The notes: a model not told the origin generated them from the letters alone. 64,000 nt of DNA from Gemmatimonadota bacterium (GCA_038128265.1 JAYPJE010000008.1:20139-84138); one strand, 5' to 3'. Positions 30,501 to 39,483 are shown, counted from the stretch's first letter. Numbers and translations are program-made.

Positions 30501-30850
30501 TGCGCGTGCCCTTTGTGCGCGGCATTCTCTTCGGATGGCCTACCACCTTCCTGGTGCCGGCCATCGATGGCAGCGTGTTCCTAGATATAGGCACCGCATG
30601 GAACAAGGGCGAAACGCTAGACCCGTGGCCGCTGTTCAATCCCGACCTAGAGCCCGACCAACTATCCCTCGAAGCCGAGCAGCGCATGGAAGCGGGGCCG
30701 TCGATGCGCAGACCGCTGCGCGCCAGCGTTGGCTTCGGTCTATTAGTCTACTTTATGCTGCCCATCAACCTCGAGTTTGCCAAGCAAACGGACCTACAGG
30801 GGCACTACTCCGACTACAAATTTCACCTGAGCTTTGGTAAGAGCTTTTGA
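27587..30850 (+). CDS. Gluzincin metallopeptidase + PD40/TolB-like beta-propeller + Omp85/BamA beta-barrel fusion
   Basis: Signal peptide; HELAH...EGLAEY; repeated WAPDG/FSPDG/LSPDG; LRGY and FLDIG Omp85 motifs; terminal Phe. Confidence 0.85.
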   Translation: MQQDLTKGRFHRFWLLIAALLIASGVRDVCAQDILTMQLQQGFGKNKVRYKDFQWEILESEHLELHFEAEFHELAVRAVDYLEEAYDHISAIMHHELSHRPPIVIYQSQYEFQQTNIIHEFLPPGVAGFAEPLRYRMVIPFDGDLDEFRNVLVHELAHIFQYDIIYKGPIKRITNPLSSPPTWIMEGLAEYTTPGRNTIDEMVLRDAVLTDGLIPIEAMDAAWGTGNVFLAYKQSHSIMEYIAANYGPEKVSRILRLWDSQKDTDKLLERLIDMDMQELDERWSAHMRKHYWPLLQTRDYASEIADKIAGEDDDAYQMFASPRWSLSGDMLAVLSSDGIEEHVDIIRLEDASLVERITRSMRASRFDHLTAGGGTVAWAPDGHTIAFVAKDGARDRILLWDLYDKDIVKTLRVANIETIESLNWAPDSRRLALIGTGYGQSDLYVLDVYDETLQQLTGSPQREDHPVFSPDGSKIAYSSKYNNQFDIKIYDMETGEAHTAIASPTDDLWPQWLPEGNKLLFVSTRDTINDLFVYHLDEGREYRLTRTLSGISNPALSPDGRQVVFSTYFKGRSELYLMDMPDMPSIKRRDAELLARLGQSEATASDSARTDSGSAVSALDLPADTSAAQPLIRPVAPLTDQGGRPDLRSAAPLVDSRISSAVLLANTSSDSAPEAPPAPQTQVPAPTLPDGDGADDEPLGDDGVERRLYTPKLEFDGISVQMGYFDGFFSSIAQLSMSDLLGNHALSLATDYVASQEVNNDFNFAVSYEYYGKRPTYRASIFNWNQYYNNSRTFIYRGLLVSGISKIQQRGMLADASYPLDLYRRLELSYTYVGEQEVLVWPIEEIGASTSTHLFKSAFVHDSINYGLLGPTAGKRYFLSVGRTLDVGGSTRSFSHLELDYRTYLRLGRWSVLGLRAYGVGSLGSDALSYNLGGPTWFLPFYTGFNLNTGPLRGYDFSEFSGSRVALANVELRVPFVRGILFGWPTTFLVPAIDGSVFLDIGTAWNKGETLDPWPLFNPDLEPDQLSLEAEQRMEAGPSMRRPLRASVGFGLLVYFMLPINLEFAKQTDLQGHYSDYKFHLSFGKSF

Positions 30851-31536
30851 ACTATGCGCTCGCAATCAGCCTGAGCCTGCTGCTAGCCGGCTGCGCTCAT
30901 AATAGCCGCTTTGAACGCGTGGAATTTCGCGCCCCATCGCAGCCGGACGCCGCTCTGAAGCCCTTTTTAGAGGACGTCGATCGCATGGGCGTTATTTGCG
31001 TGACCAATATCGAGCCGTCGCGCGAAATCGACGTAGAAAAGGTCATGGCCCTGCTTTCCAATGCCACGGTGCGCGGCCTGAGCAGACTCCCCGATATGAC
31101 CATCGTACCCCAGGATGAAATCACTTGGAAATTAAAGGACGTGCACTTTGATTCGACCAGCGTATACGCAGACTCCGTGCGCGCGGCTCTGCGCGACACG
31201 CTGTCACTAGACGCCATCGTCTTTGTCGAACTGCGCCACCTACAGGCACGGGTGATGCCCGTGATGCCGACAGCCTACGGCATGAGTCCCAGCCCCAGCG
31301 TCGACATGAGCGTTGACTTGCAGGTCAGCCTGCTCAACATCCACACGGGGCAAGCGTGGAAGCAGGGCGGCCAGGAGCGCAATTTTGAACCCGTGCGGCT
31401 GCAGTTAATGGGGGCAAACAATCAGGGCGAACGCCAGTTGCTCATGGCGTTGGGTAAACCCATGCAGCGATTTCTATCGCGCATAGCGCCGCCGCCACGA
31501 CCGCAAACGCGCCATTTTGAAACGGACGGCAACTGA
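30847..31536 (+). CDS. Hypothetical lipoprotein
   Basis: TTG start overlapping the upstream stop (TTGA); lipobox LLAGC. Confidence 0.78.
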   Translation: MNYALAISLSLLLAGCAHNSRFERVEFRAPSQPDAALKPFLEDVDRMGVICVTNIEPSREIDVEKVMALLSNATVRGLSRLPDMTIVPQDEITWKLKDVHFDSTSVYADSVRAALRDTLSLDAIVFVELRHLQARVMPVMPTAYGMSPSPSVDMSVDLQVSLLNIHTGQAWKQGGQERNFEPVRLQLMGANNQGERQLLMALGKPMQRFLSRIAPPPRPQTRHFETDGN

Positions 31537-31547
31537 ACTGAAGGGCA

Positions 31548-31588
31548 CAAAAAGAAGGGCGGTAATCCCAGTGGATTACCGCCCTTCT
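31548..31588. terminator. Intrinsic terminator between convergent operons
   Basis: Perfect 16-bp stem AGAAGGGCGGTAATCC-CAGT-GGATTACCGCCCTTCT; A-tract on the left. Confidence 0.88.
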
Positions 31589-31606
31589 CGCGTTCTGTTC
31601 AAGCAC

Positions 31607-32302
31607 CTAACGCCGCCGTTTTTTCGGAGCCGCACTTTCTTTGCTACCCGTTGATTTGGAAGCCGGAGCCGACGTGCTCACGGCACTCGGACGCGAAGAC
31701 GATGACGACGGAGCCGACGGCGTCGCAATCGAACTCGTGCTGCGCGGCGTGGGATCGGGTCTACGCATTTGCGGAGCCGCGCGCCGTATCCACACGTCCT
31801 CTTTTTCGCGCAGCTGCTCGCGCGCGCTGGCCTCGTCAACGGAAGCGGGCACGCCATTCCTCATATCGGCCAGCGAGGCGCGAATATCGTCGAGTTCGCG
31901 CGTGCTGACCAGTTCGTAACCCGGCGGAACGTAGTAGCCGCGGCTGTCCGTGTAGTAGGGGTCATAGCCATAGCTGTAAGGCCCGTAGCCTTGGTAGCCG
32001 TAGGACGAGTAGGCGCCGTAGGGCAAGGGATACGCACCATAGCCACCCGAGCCGTAGTAGCCGCCCCGCAGCGGGTAGCCCGTTCCGTAGGCACCATAGC
32101 TGCCCGGCACGCCCGGATAGCGATAAAAATCATCTTCTGCGGCGGTATCGCGCTCTGCGCGCCGCTCGTAATCGCCGTCGCGCTCCGCACGCTCGTGCAG
32201 CGTTTTCACGGCATACGGGTCGGACAGCACGGTATAACAGCCGCTCAGCGCAACGCTGATACAGCCGACAAAGGCCAGGGCTTTCAGTTTTTCGCAGCTC
32301 AT
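31607..32302 (-). CDS. Tyr/Gly-rich low-complexity lipoprotein
   Basis: Lipobox LSGC-YT; GYYGSGGYGAYPLPYGAYSSYGYQGYGPYSYGY; Ser-rich basic tail. Confidence 0.75.
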   Translation of the reverse strand: MSCEKLKALAFVGCISVALSGCYTVLSDPYAVKTLHERAERDGDYERRAERDTAAEDDFYRYPGVPGSYGAYGTGYPLRGGYYGSGGYGAYPLPYGAYSSYGYQGYGPYSYGYDPYYTDSRGYYVPPGYELVSTRELDDIRASLADMRNGVPASVDEASAREQLREKEDVWIRRAAPQMRRPDPTPRSTSSIATPSAPSSSSSRPSAVSTSAPASKSTGSKESAAPKKRRR

Positions 32303-32350
32303 ACAATCACCACCTGATCAAAAGGCTTAGCGCAAAGTGCCACTGTGTTT

Positions 32351-32379
32351 AATATATCTAGCGTCGCCCAATAGACCAA
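32351..32379 (-). promoter_or_regulatory. Putative internal promoter for the Tyr/Gly-rich lipoprotein
   Basis: Minus strand TTGGTC-N17-TATATT. Confidence 0.35.
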
Positions 32380-32404
32380 ATTGGGCCGTTATTGAAGCCA
32401 CGGG

Positions 32405-33730
32405 TCAGAAGCGATAGGCCAGGCCAACAAAGAGGCGCGTAATCACATTTTCCTCGCCCAGTTCGTTGGTGCGTCCGTCCCCGGCGACCTCTTCTACCTG
32501 TTCAAACCGACCGCGCACCCAGGCCATATCCATCTGGACGACTTCGTCTACTAGCAGGCCGGCACCCAAGGTGAAAAACTGCCGGTCCTCAACAATTCGA
32601 ATCGGCGGATCGCCGCTAAAGGGATCGGGATTGCGCGGACCGACAAAGGGTAGCGGGTCGGTGTAGAAGCCAGCGCGCAGATCGAGCGCAATAACCGGCA
32701 CCTGCCACTCTGCGCCCACGTGGTAGCGCGCAACATCGCGATACTGGCGTTCGAACGCGGTATCGGCGCGCAGCTGCCGGTCGTCTCCACCTTCGTACTC
32801 GCTCTGCGACCACTCGGCAAAATGGACGCCCGCCGCCAGTAGCACACCCGGAAACGGCACATAGGATCCCCCAAACGAAAACTCCAGCGGCAGGGCGATC
32901 TGGTAGCGCCCGCGGATCTCCTCGCTATCGGACCGAATCGTCGATCCGTCGTCGTAATCGATGCGATTATAACCATCGGGACTGCCGCGAAAAACATAGC
33001 GGACTTCCTGACCCAGCCCAGAAGCGATCGACGCGCCCAAGCGCAGACGAGGCCGCTCGCGCGGCATGCGCACCATAGCACCCAATTTGGCGTACCAAGA
33101 GCTTCTATAGTCGTCGGAGAACGTATCGGAAGCCAAAAAGCGACGCTCCAGATAGATATCCTGGCGATCCTCCCACGAAAAGTCGTTGCTCGCCTCGTCC
33201 TCGCCGCCAGTAACGCCCAGCGTAAGCCCCAGCGACAGCGAAGGCGAAACGTCTATCGCTGCAGACAGCGAAGAAAGCGCCAGCTCGCCTTCATGTTGAA
33301 ATAGATGATCGACGTGCAGGCTGTCCACTGCATCGACACCCGTCTGACGCAGGCTCCAATCAAAGTCCTTTATCCGACTAAAACCTATGGCAAATACCAG
33401 GCTGCCCTGATACACGGGATAGGGATATACGAAACCCAGCGAGCCAAAGCGCGTATTGCTCAACTGGCCGCTGGCCGACGTCCCATTAAAGACCGATTTA
33501 GCATCTCGACTGTTGCGCAGAAAGCCGACGCGCACTTCGCGCTGACGCATCTGGGCCAAGCCAGCCGGGTTCCAGTATACGGCCGTAAAGTCATCTGCCA
33601 CGCCGGCAAAAGCACCGCCCATACCCATGGCGCGCACGCCGACGCCGGCAAAGTTATCGATCGCCCGCTCTTCCTGTGCCCAAGCCGTCGCGCTCAGTAG
33701 CAGCAAGCCTATCAGCCCGTGAATTCGCAT
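32405..33730 (-). CDS. OmpP1/FadL-like (PorV-related) outer-membrane beta-barrel
   Basis: GVGVRAMGMGGAFAGVADDFTAVYWNPAGLA; C-terminal LAYRF. Confidence 0.85.
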   Translation of the reverse strand: MRIHGLIGLLLLSATAWAQEERAIDNFAGVGVRAMGMGGAFAGVADDFTAVYWNPAGLAQMRQREVRVGFLRNSRDAKSVFNGTSASGQLSNTRFGSLGFVYPYPVYQGSLVFAIGFSRIKDFDWSLRQTGVDAVDSLHVDHLFQHEGELALSSLSAAIDVSPSLSLGLTLGVTGGEDEASNDFSWEDRQDIYLERRFLASDTFSDDYRSSWYAKLGAMVRMPRERPRLRLGASIASGLGQEVRYVFRGSPDGYNRIDYDDGSTIRSDSEEIRGRYQIALPLEFSFGGSYVPFPGVLLAAGVHFAEWSQSEYEGGDDRQLRADTAFERQYRDVARYHVGAEWQVPVIALDLRAGFYTDPLPFVGPRNPDPFSGDPPIRIVEDRQFFTLGAGLLVDEVVQMDMAWVRGRFEQVEEVAGDGRTNELGEENVITRLFVGLAYRF

Positions 33731-34506
33731 CAGAACTCCTCGGTATAAACGACGGCCAGTTCGCGGCTGGGTTCGGGTTCGTCCATACCGCGCTGCAGCA
33801 CATTCTTAAAGAAAATCGACAGCTTTAGCTGTGGCGCTACGACCCAGCGGGCGCCGGCATTCAGGTAGCCAACCTCATCGCTGCCGTCGTTGCGCGCCAG
33901 CTCGTATTCAACTAGCAGCGATACGTCCTCGTTGATGCTCTTGTCGGCACCAACCCACCCGCTCATATCGTCGCCGTCCACTTCTTCGCGACTCCTATTG
34001 GCCCCGGCGTGTATGCCGAACTGCCCCAGCGCCGAAGTAAAATTTTTGCTCAGCGCCACAAATGCCCCCTTTGACTTGCTCTGGTAGCGCCCTCCGCCGT
34101 AGTGGCCAAAGCCCTGCGTCTCATAGCCCAACACCAGCGCCGGCCACGCGGCGCTTTCCTCAATAGCGCGGTAACGCGCGGCAACCTCGACGCGCGGATT
34201 CCATTCGACCGCCCCCTGGCCTATGATATTGCCACCGCCAAAGGAGAGGCCGATCGTCAGCCGTTTTAGCGCACCGGCTTGCACCTGTCCAAGCACGCCC
34301 CCTTCGGAAAAAAGCCGCAGCCCAATCGCATAGCGCCCCTTGCCAACCAAACCCGCCGTAGGGCTATCTATCAGACGCGCCAGTTCAGCCGCCTCGGCTC
34401 CCTCTGCACGACCGGACGGCCACACCACACCCAGCAATACGCACAACGCGCACTGGACAATCCTCCTGTATTTGCGCAATACGCCCTCCCTTTTTAGCAA
34501 ACGCAC
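33730..34506 (-). CDS. YjbH-like outer-membrane beta-barrel protein
   Basis: Signal peptide; LIDSPTAGL, GYLNAGARW; terminal Phe; alternative TTG start at 34479. Confidence 0.7.
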   Translation of the reverse strand: MRLLKREGVLRKYRRIVQCALCVLLGVVWPSGRAEGAEAAELARLIDSPTAGLVGKGRYAIGLRLFSEGGVLGQVQAGALKRLTIGLSFGGGNIIGQGAVEWNPRVEVAARYRAIEESAAWPALVLGYETQGFGHYGGGRYQSKSKGAFVALSKNFTSALGQFGIHAGANRSREEVDGDDMSGWVGADKSINEDVSLLVEYELARNDGSDEVGYLNAGARWVVAPQLKLSIFFKNVLQRGMDEPEPSRELAVVYTEEF

Positions 34507-34510
34507 TCAG

Positions 34511-34957
34511 CTATCCCCTGTGCTCAATAGCGACGCTGCGCTCTTCATCTCCCCTATATTCCAACTGCACTTCGACCCGACGCGGCGGCAAGAGCTGCCC
34601 GGCGCGCTCGGCCCACTCCACCAAGCAGATGCCGTCGCCGTAAAAATACTCCTCCGCTCCCAGCGCATACAGTTCGTCTTCACCGCCTAGCCGATACAGA
34701 TCAAAGTGATAGATCGGCAGCGGCCGCTCAGCCCGCGTGCCGGCGTACTCGTTGATCAGAATAAAGGTCGGGCTTGTAACGTAGTCGCGCACGTCGAGTG
34801 CCTGGCATACACCCTGTATCATGCAGGTCTTGCCGCTGCCCAAATCGCCGCGAAAAGCCACCACGCTCCCCGGCCCCAGCGCTTCGCCCAAGGCCCGCCC
34901 CAAGGCCTGTGTCTCACCGGGCGAGTGCGTAGAAAACATTCCTGTCGGTGCCCGCAT
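34511..34957 (-). CDS. tsaE: tRNA t6A biosynthesis ATPase TsaE
   Basis: GDLGSGKT, VTSPTF, YHFDLYRL, LVEWAE. Confidence 0.95.
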   Translation of the reverse strand: MRAPTGMFSTHSPGETQALGRALGEALGPGSVVAFRGDLGSGKTCMIQGVCQALDVRDYVTSPTFILINEYAGTRAERPLPIYHFDLYRLGGEDELYALGAEEYFYGDGICLVEWAERAGQLLPPRRVEVQLEYRGDEERSVAIEHRG

Positions 34958-36520
34958 CTACTTGGGCTCCATAATGGCTACGGGCAAGACCATTTCTTGC
35001 AGCGATATACCTCCGTGCTGAAACGAGTCTTTGAACTGGCGCTGATACTCGTTGAAGTTGGTCGGATAGACCAGGGAGAAATCTTCCTTGGCAATAATGA
35101 AATTGGCCCCGAGCCCGGCGCTGGGCAGCCCGTAGCGCTGGGGGTCTTCAATGTGCAGCGCATCGCGCTCTTCGCAGCGCAGATTGCGGCCGTATTTATA
35201 GCGCAAATTATTTGACGTATCGCGGTCGCCGTGCACTACAGTGGCGCGATTGCTGCGCACGGCACCGTGATCGGTCGTCAGCACGACGACGGCATCCGTG
35301 CGCGCGACGCCCTTGAGCGTTTCAAAGAGCGACGAATGGCCAAACCAAGACTGCACCAAATCGCGAAAGGCCTGCTCGTCGGGCGCCATCTCCTTAAGCA
35401 GTTCCGACTGGGCGCGGCCGTGCACGAGCATATCGAGAAAGTTGTATACCACGGATACCAAAGGCCACTTGCGCAGCGAAGTGACTTTGCGCGTCAGGTT
35501 TTGCGCCTCGCCGGTATCCAGCACTTTGACGTAGTGCGAGCCCGGTTTGAGGGCGACCCCCATATCGGCGATCTGGTCGTCGATAAATTGGTGTTCGTGA
35601 CGATTTAAACTGTGCTCGTTGTCCTGCGCATTGCCCCATACCTTGGGATATTTAGCGGCAATTTCGGCGGGAAATAGGCCACTAAATATGGCGTTGCGCG
35701 AATAGGGCGTAGCCGTTGGCAAAATAGAATAGTGATAGGATCGCTTGATGTTAAAATGCTCGGCCAACTGCGGCTCCATGACCATCCAGTGGTCGAGGCG
35801 CAAACAGTCGACGACGATGAAAAACACCTGGCGTCCAGCTTCGATATAGGGCATGACAAATTCGGGCACCACGTCGACGGAAAGAGGCGGCGAGTCGTCT
35901 TCGTCGTCAATCCACGTCGCGTAGTGACGCTCGACAAAGCGCGCAAATTCCTGGTTGCACTCGCGCTGCTGGTCTTCGACCATCTGCTGCAAACCCGGAT
36001 CACCGAGGCGGCCCACTTCGATATCCCATTCACAGAGCTGGCGATAGACATCGATCCAGGTCTTCCAGCCCGTTTCCCCGGAAATCTGCTCGCGAATTTG
36101 CCCGGATTTCGATACGTAGTTCTGCCCGGCCTGGCTCTGGCGAATCTGGCGCGTGTCGAGAATTCTCTTGCAGGCCATAAAAATCTGACTCGGATTGACC
36201 GGCTTGGTCAAGTAGTCGTCTATGCGCCGACCAATCGCCTCGTTCATGAGGTGTTCTTCTTCGTTTTTAGTGATCATAATAACCGGCACATTGGGATCGA
36301 CTTCTTTGATGCGCTCCAGCGTTGACAGTCCGTCTAGGCCGGGCATCATTTCGTCTAGTAGGACGATATCAAAGGGACGCTGACCAATGAGTTCTATCGC
36401 GTCTTTGCCGTTGTTGACCGGCGTAACTTCATAGCCCTTGTCGCCGAGAAAACGGTGGTGGGGCCGCAGCAGTTCAATTTCGTCGTCGGCCCACAGGATC
36501 TGTCGCTTATTGTCTTCCAT
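34958..36520 (-). CDS. porX: Response regulator with PglZ (alkaline-phosphatase-like) domain, PorX-like
   Basis: Receiver WADDE/LLDEMMPG; PglZ VDCLRLDHW, PTATPYSRNAIFSG, FLDMLVH, TTDHG, FQHGG. Confidence 0.88.
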   Translation of the reverse strand: MEDNKRQILWADDEIELLRPHHRFLGDKGYEVTPVNNGKDAIELIGQRPFDIVLLDEMMPGLDGLSTLERIKEVDPNVPVIMITKNEEEHLMNEAIGRRIDDYLTKPVNPSQIFMACKRILDTRQIRQSQAGQNYVSKSGQIREQISGETGWKTWIDVYRQLCEWDIEVGRLGDPGLQQMVEDQQRECNQEFARFVERHYATWIDDEDDSPPLSVDVVPEFVMPYIEAGRQVFFIVVDCLRLDHWMVMEPQLAEHFNIKRSYHYSILPTATPYSRNAIFSGLFPAEIAAKYPKVWGNAQDNEHSLNRHEHQFIDDQIADMGVALKPGSHYVKVLDTGEAQNLTRKVTSLRKWPLVSVVYNFLDMLVHGRAQSELLKEMAPDEQAFRDLVQSWFGHSSLFETLKGVARTDAVVVLTTDHGAVRSNRATVVHGDRDTSNNLRYKYGRNLRCEERDALHIEDPQRYGLPSAGLGANFIIAKEDFSLVYPTNFNEYQRQFKDSFQHGGISLQEMVLPVAIMEPK

Positions 36521-36589
36521 ATATACGCTTTCTTAAATACAGTCTTCGGGTTGCCGGCAAAACGGTCGCACTGCTTCTAAAACGGCTCG

Positions 36590-38416
36590 CTACGCGCCGG
36601 CGTTCCCCGTGCGGTCCAAGGGCAGTATGATTTCAAAAGTAGTTCCCTCACCGGGCACGCTCTGCACTACGCTGATACGGCCCGCGTGGTATTCCTCTAC
36701 AATGCGCCGCACAAAGGCCAGCCCCAACCCCCAACCGCGCTTTTTCGTGCTAAAACCGGGCTCGAAGACGCGCTTTACATTCTCTGGCTCAATGCCACGG
36801 CCGTCGTCCTGAAAGGTGATCTGCACGACGCCATCCTCGGGTATGGTCGCCAAGTTGATTTGCATTTCGCCGGTCTTTCCATCCATTGCGTCGATGGCAT
36901 TTTTAAACAGGTTTTCGAATGCCCAGCTCATTAACTCCGCGTTGAGCGGAACAACCATGCTCTCCCCTTGACCTTCTACGCGAATCTCGTGGCGACCAAA
37001 TTGCGGCCCGCGATGGCGGAAGTAGTCAATCGTATCCTCTAGCACTCGACCAACGTCGGCCGGCACGAGCTCGGGCACTGAGCCTATTTGGCTAAAGCGC
37101 GAAGCGATCTGATTGAGATGGCGCATATCTTCGTCCATTTCACCAATCATCTGCTCCATGCGCTGCAGTCGTTCGTCGCGCTGGTCCGGTGCGAGAGAAT
37201 CTACTTCATTTCGCATCAGTTCCAACCAGCCGGCCAGCGAAGACAGCGGCGTTCCCAGCTGATGCGCGGTCTCCTTGGCCATACCAACCCATATGGAGCG
37301 CTGCTCGCTGCGCTTTATGTTGCGATAGCCAATATAGCCCACCAACAAAAAGAGAAAGAGCACGCCGATTTGTATGATCGGCGCCACCGAGATGCGGTTG
37401 ACCAAGTCGGAACTGCCGTAGTGGATGTAGTGCTCCGAAGGAATGTAAAAAGGCAGCGGATCGCTGTTTTGGGGCATGGCATTAAGGTGCTGTTGCACCG
37501 CCAGACGCGTCGACTCATCGAGCTGATCTTCTGGCGGCAGACCGCGCCCGCGCCAGGCGACGACCCGCCCCCTGCCATCGGTGATCACCGCCTGCACACC
37601 GTCGTAGTACAGGTAGCTAAACCCCTCGGCCGGAATGGCGAAGCGCAGCGGCTGTCGACGGGCCATCTGCTCGAGCGAAAGGCGCACCCCGATCATCGCC
37701 GCCGCCGTCGTATCCGTCTCGGCGGGCAACCCCTCGCCTCGCCACCGCAGTATATCACCCCGGATATCGGTGAGCACGGCGCGCCCCTTGTCCAAGTAGA
37801 GCAAACCGGGCGTTTCGGCAGACCAGTAAAATTTTATCGGCGCGTTTTCGGCATCCATTTTGCGCAATAGGCGGTGTACCATCTCGTCCTGCACGCTGTC
37901 GTTTCGGGCCGCCGTTTCCTGGCGACTGCGCCAAAAGGCCAGCGATGCCCAAAGGCCGCTGCGCTCTTCGCTAACCATATCGCCCAATCCGCGCTTCTCG
38001 ATGATTTCGCCACGGTAATTGGTAATGATACAGGGAAAATCGACCTGCGGATTGTTGATGACCTGAGTGAATATGGTCATCGTCTGTTCCTGCGTTGCCA
38101 GCGGAGCAAAGGAAATCAGCCGCGCGTAGAGGTCGACGCGATTCTTCTCCTGCTCTCGCAGTTCACTGGTCAGCGATTCGTTGTAGAGTAGAAAGGCGAG
38201 AATGGCAACGATACTGCCGAGAAAGATGTAGGCGCGAAAGATCGGAGAAATGCCAAGCGAAGACAGGGCTTCGCGTCGCCAATGGCGCCAGCGCCCCGTC
38301 GCAGGTGGTGCCTGCACGGCCTGCCCACCCGCTACGACCTCGACGGGTGCACGACCTCGTCGACGGCGGCGCTTGGACGTAGGTTCGGCAGTATCTCTTT
38401 CCATCATCTCTTCCAT
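36590..38416 (-). CDS. Two-TM sensor histidine kinase, PorY-like (start uncertain)
   Basis: H-box WVGMAKETAHQLGTP, ENLFKNAIDA, DDGRG, GFSTKKRGWGLGL. Confidence 0.88.
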   Translation of the reverse strand: MEEMMERDTAEPTSKRRRRRGRAPVEVVAGGQAVQAPPATGRWRHWRREALSSLGISPIFRAYIFLGSIVAILAFLLYNESLTSELREQEKNRVDLYARLISFAPLATQEQTMTIFTQVINNPQVDFPCIITNYRGEIIEKRGLGDMVSEERSGLWASLAFWRSRQETAARNDSVQDEMVHRLLRKMDAENAPIKFYWSAETPGLLYLDKGRAVLTDIRGDILRWRGEGLPAETDTTAAAMIGVRLSLEQMARRQPLRFAIPAEGFSYLYYDGVQAVITDGRGRVVAWRGRGLPPEDQLDESTRLAVQQHLNAMPQNSDPLPFYIPSEHYIHYGSSDLVNRISVAPIIQIGVLFLFLLVGYIGYRNIKRSEQRSIWVGMAKETAHQLGTPLSSLAGWLELMRNEVDSLAPDQRDERLQRMEQMIGEMDEDMRHLNQIASRFSQIGSVPELVPADVGRVLEDTIDYFRHRGPQFGRHEIRVEGQGESMVVPLNAELMSWAFENLFKNAIDAMDGKTGEMQINLATIPEDGVVQITFQDDGRGIEPENVKRVFEPGFSTKKRGWGLGLAFVRRIVEEYHAGRISVVQSVPGEGTTFEIILPLDRTGNAGA

Positions 38417-38533
38417 AGGTGCGCCCGTGCAGAGTCCCTTCACTCCATGTCGGGAGTCGGCCAATCCCGTATATTAATTAAGCTATCGCACTGCATTTTG
38501 TCACTCGCTTAGAAGGCCATTTCACCGAGAAAC

Positions 38534-39475
38534 ATGCCCCTTTCCGCGCTCATTCACCTGCTACTAGCGACCGCCCTCGCTGCGCCCATGACGGCGCGTG
38601 GCACAGATCACACGCCTGCGTCCGAGCACGATGCCGGCATCCATCTCGACCGCCTCGCACTAGTAGGCGGCAGTGCGCTTGCCGTTCGCTATCTGGGATT
38701 CAAATATTTTGACCGCGCCTGGTATCAAGGCCAAAAGACAGACCGCATTCGCTGGATATACGATTGGGGAGGCGATACCTATGTGAACCTCGACAAAGGC
38801 GGCCACTTTATGGGCGGCGCCTTTATGGCGCAAAAGCTCAGCGAGGCCTATACCTGGGCCGGATTCGGCCCGCGCGCAGCCGCTGCGCTGGGAACGGCCA
38901 CTAGTTGGGCGGCTCTGCTCGAGATAGAAATGCGCGATGCCCACTTTGATCAGTGGGGATTCAGCGTGCCGGATTTTCTGGCCAATACGCTAGGAGCAAG
39001 TCTGCCGATGTTGCACGCCTTTTTCCCGCGCAGCCGCGCCGTGCAGCTCAAATTCAGCTATCATCCCTCGCGCCTGTTTTTAGATCGAGACGAACGCGCG
39101 GCTACAGACCGCCCTCACGTGCAGCACCTAATCGACGATTACGAGGGTATGGCGTTCTGGCTGAGCGTACCCATCGACCCGCTCCTGCGCCAATTCGCAC
39201 AGCAAGAGCACCCCAACTGGATCCGCCTGGCCATCGGCTATGGCGCCACGGGGCTACACGGCAGCAACGCGAAAAGTCGCGGTCGATTTAGGCTCTACCC
39301 CGACCGCCCCGAAGCGCAGCCAGAGCTTTTTCTGGCGTTAGATTACGACGTGAGAGCGCTGCCGGGTGACGGCCCGCTCTGGCGCTATTTTAAACGGCAG
39401 CTCGACTGGCTGCACTGGCCAGCACCTGCCGTGCGCGTCTACCCCGACCTGCGATTTTACCTGCTGTTTATGTAG
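38534..39475 (+). CDS. DUF2279/YfiM-like exported protein
   Basis: DKGGHF, IEMRD..WGFSVPDFLANTLG, DDYEGMAFWLS. Confidence 0.75.
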   Translation: MPLSALIHLLLATALAAPMTARGTDHTPASEHDAGIHLDRLALVGGSALAVRYLGFKYFDRAWYQGQKTDRIRWIYDWGGDTYVNLDKGGHFMGGAFMAQKLSEAYTWAGFGPRAAAALGTATSWAALLEIEMRDAHFDQWGFSVPDFLANTLGASLPMLHAFFPRSRAVQLKFSYHPSRLFLDRDERAATDRPHVQHLIDDYEGMAFWLSVPIDPLLRQFAQQEHPNWIRLAIGYGATGLHGSNAKSRGRFRLYPDRPEAQPELFLALDYDVRALPGDGPLWRYFKRQLDWLHWPAPAVRVYPDLRFYLLFM

Positions 39476-39483
39476 CGGTGCGC

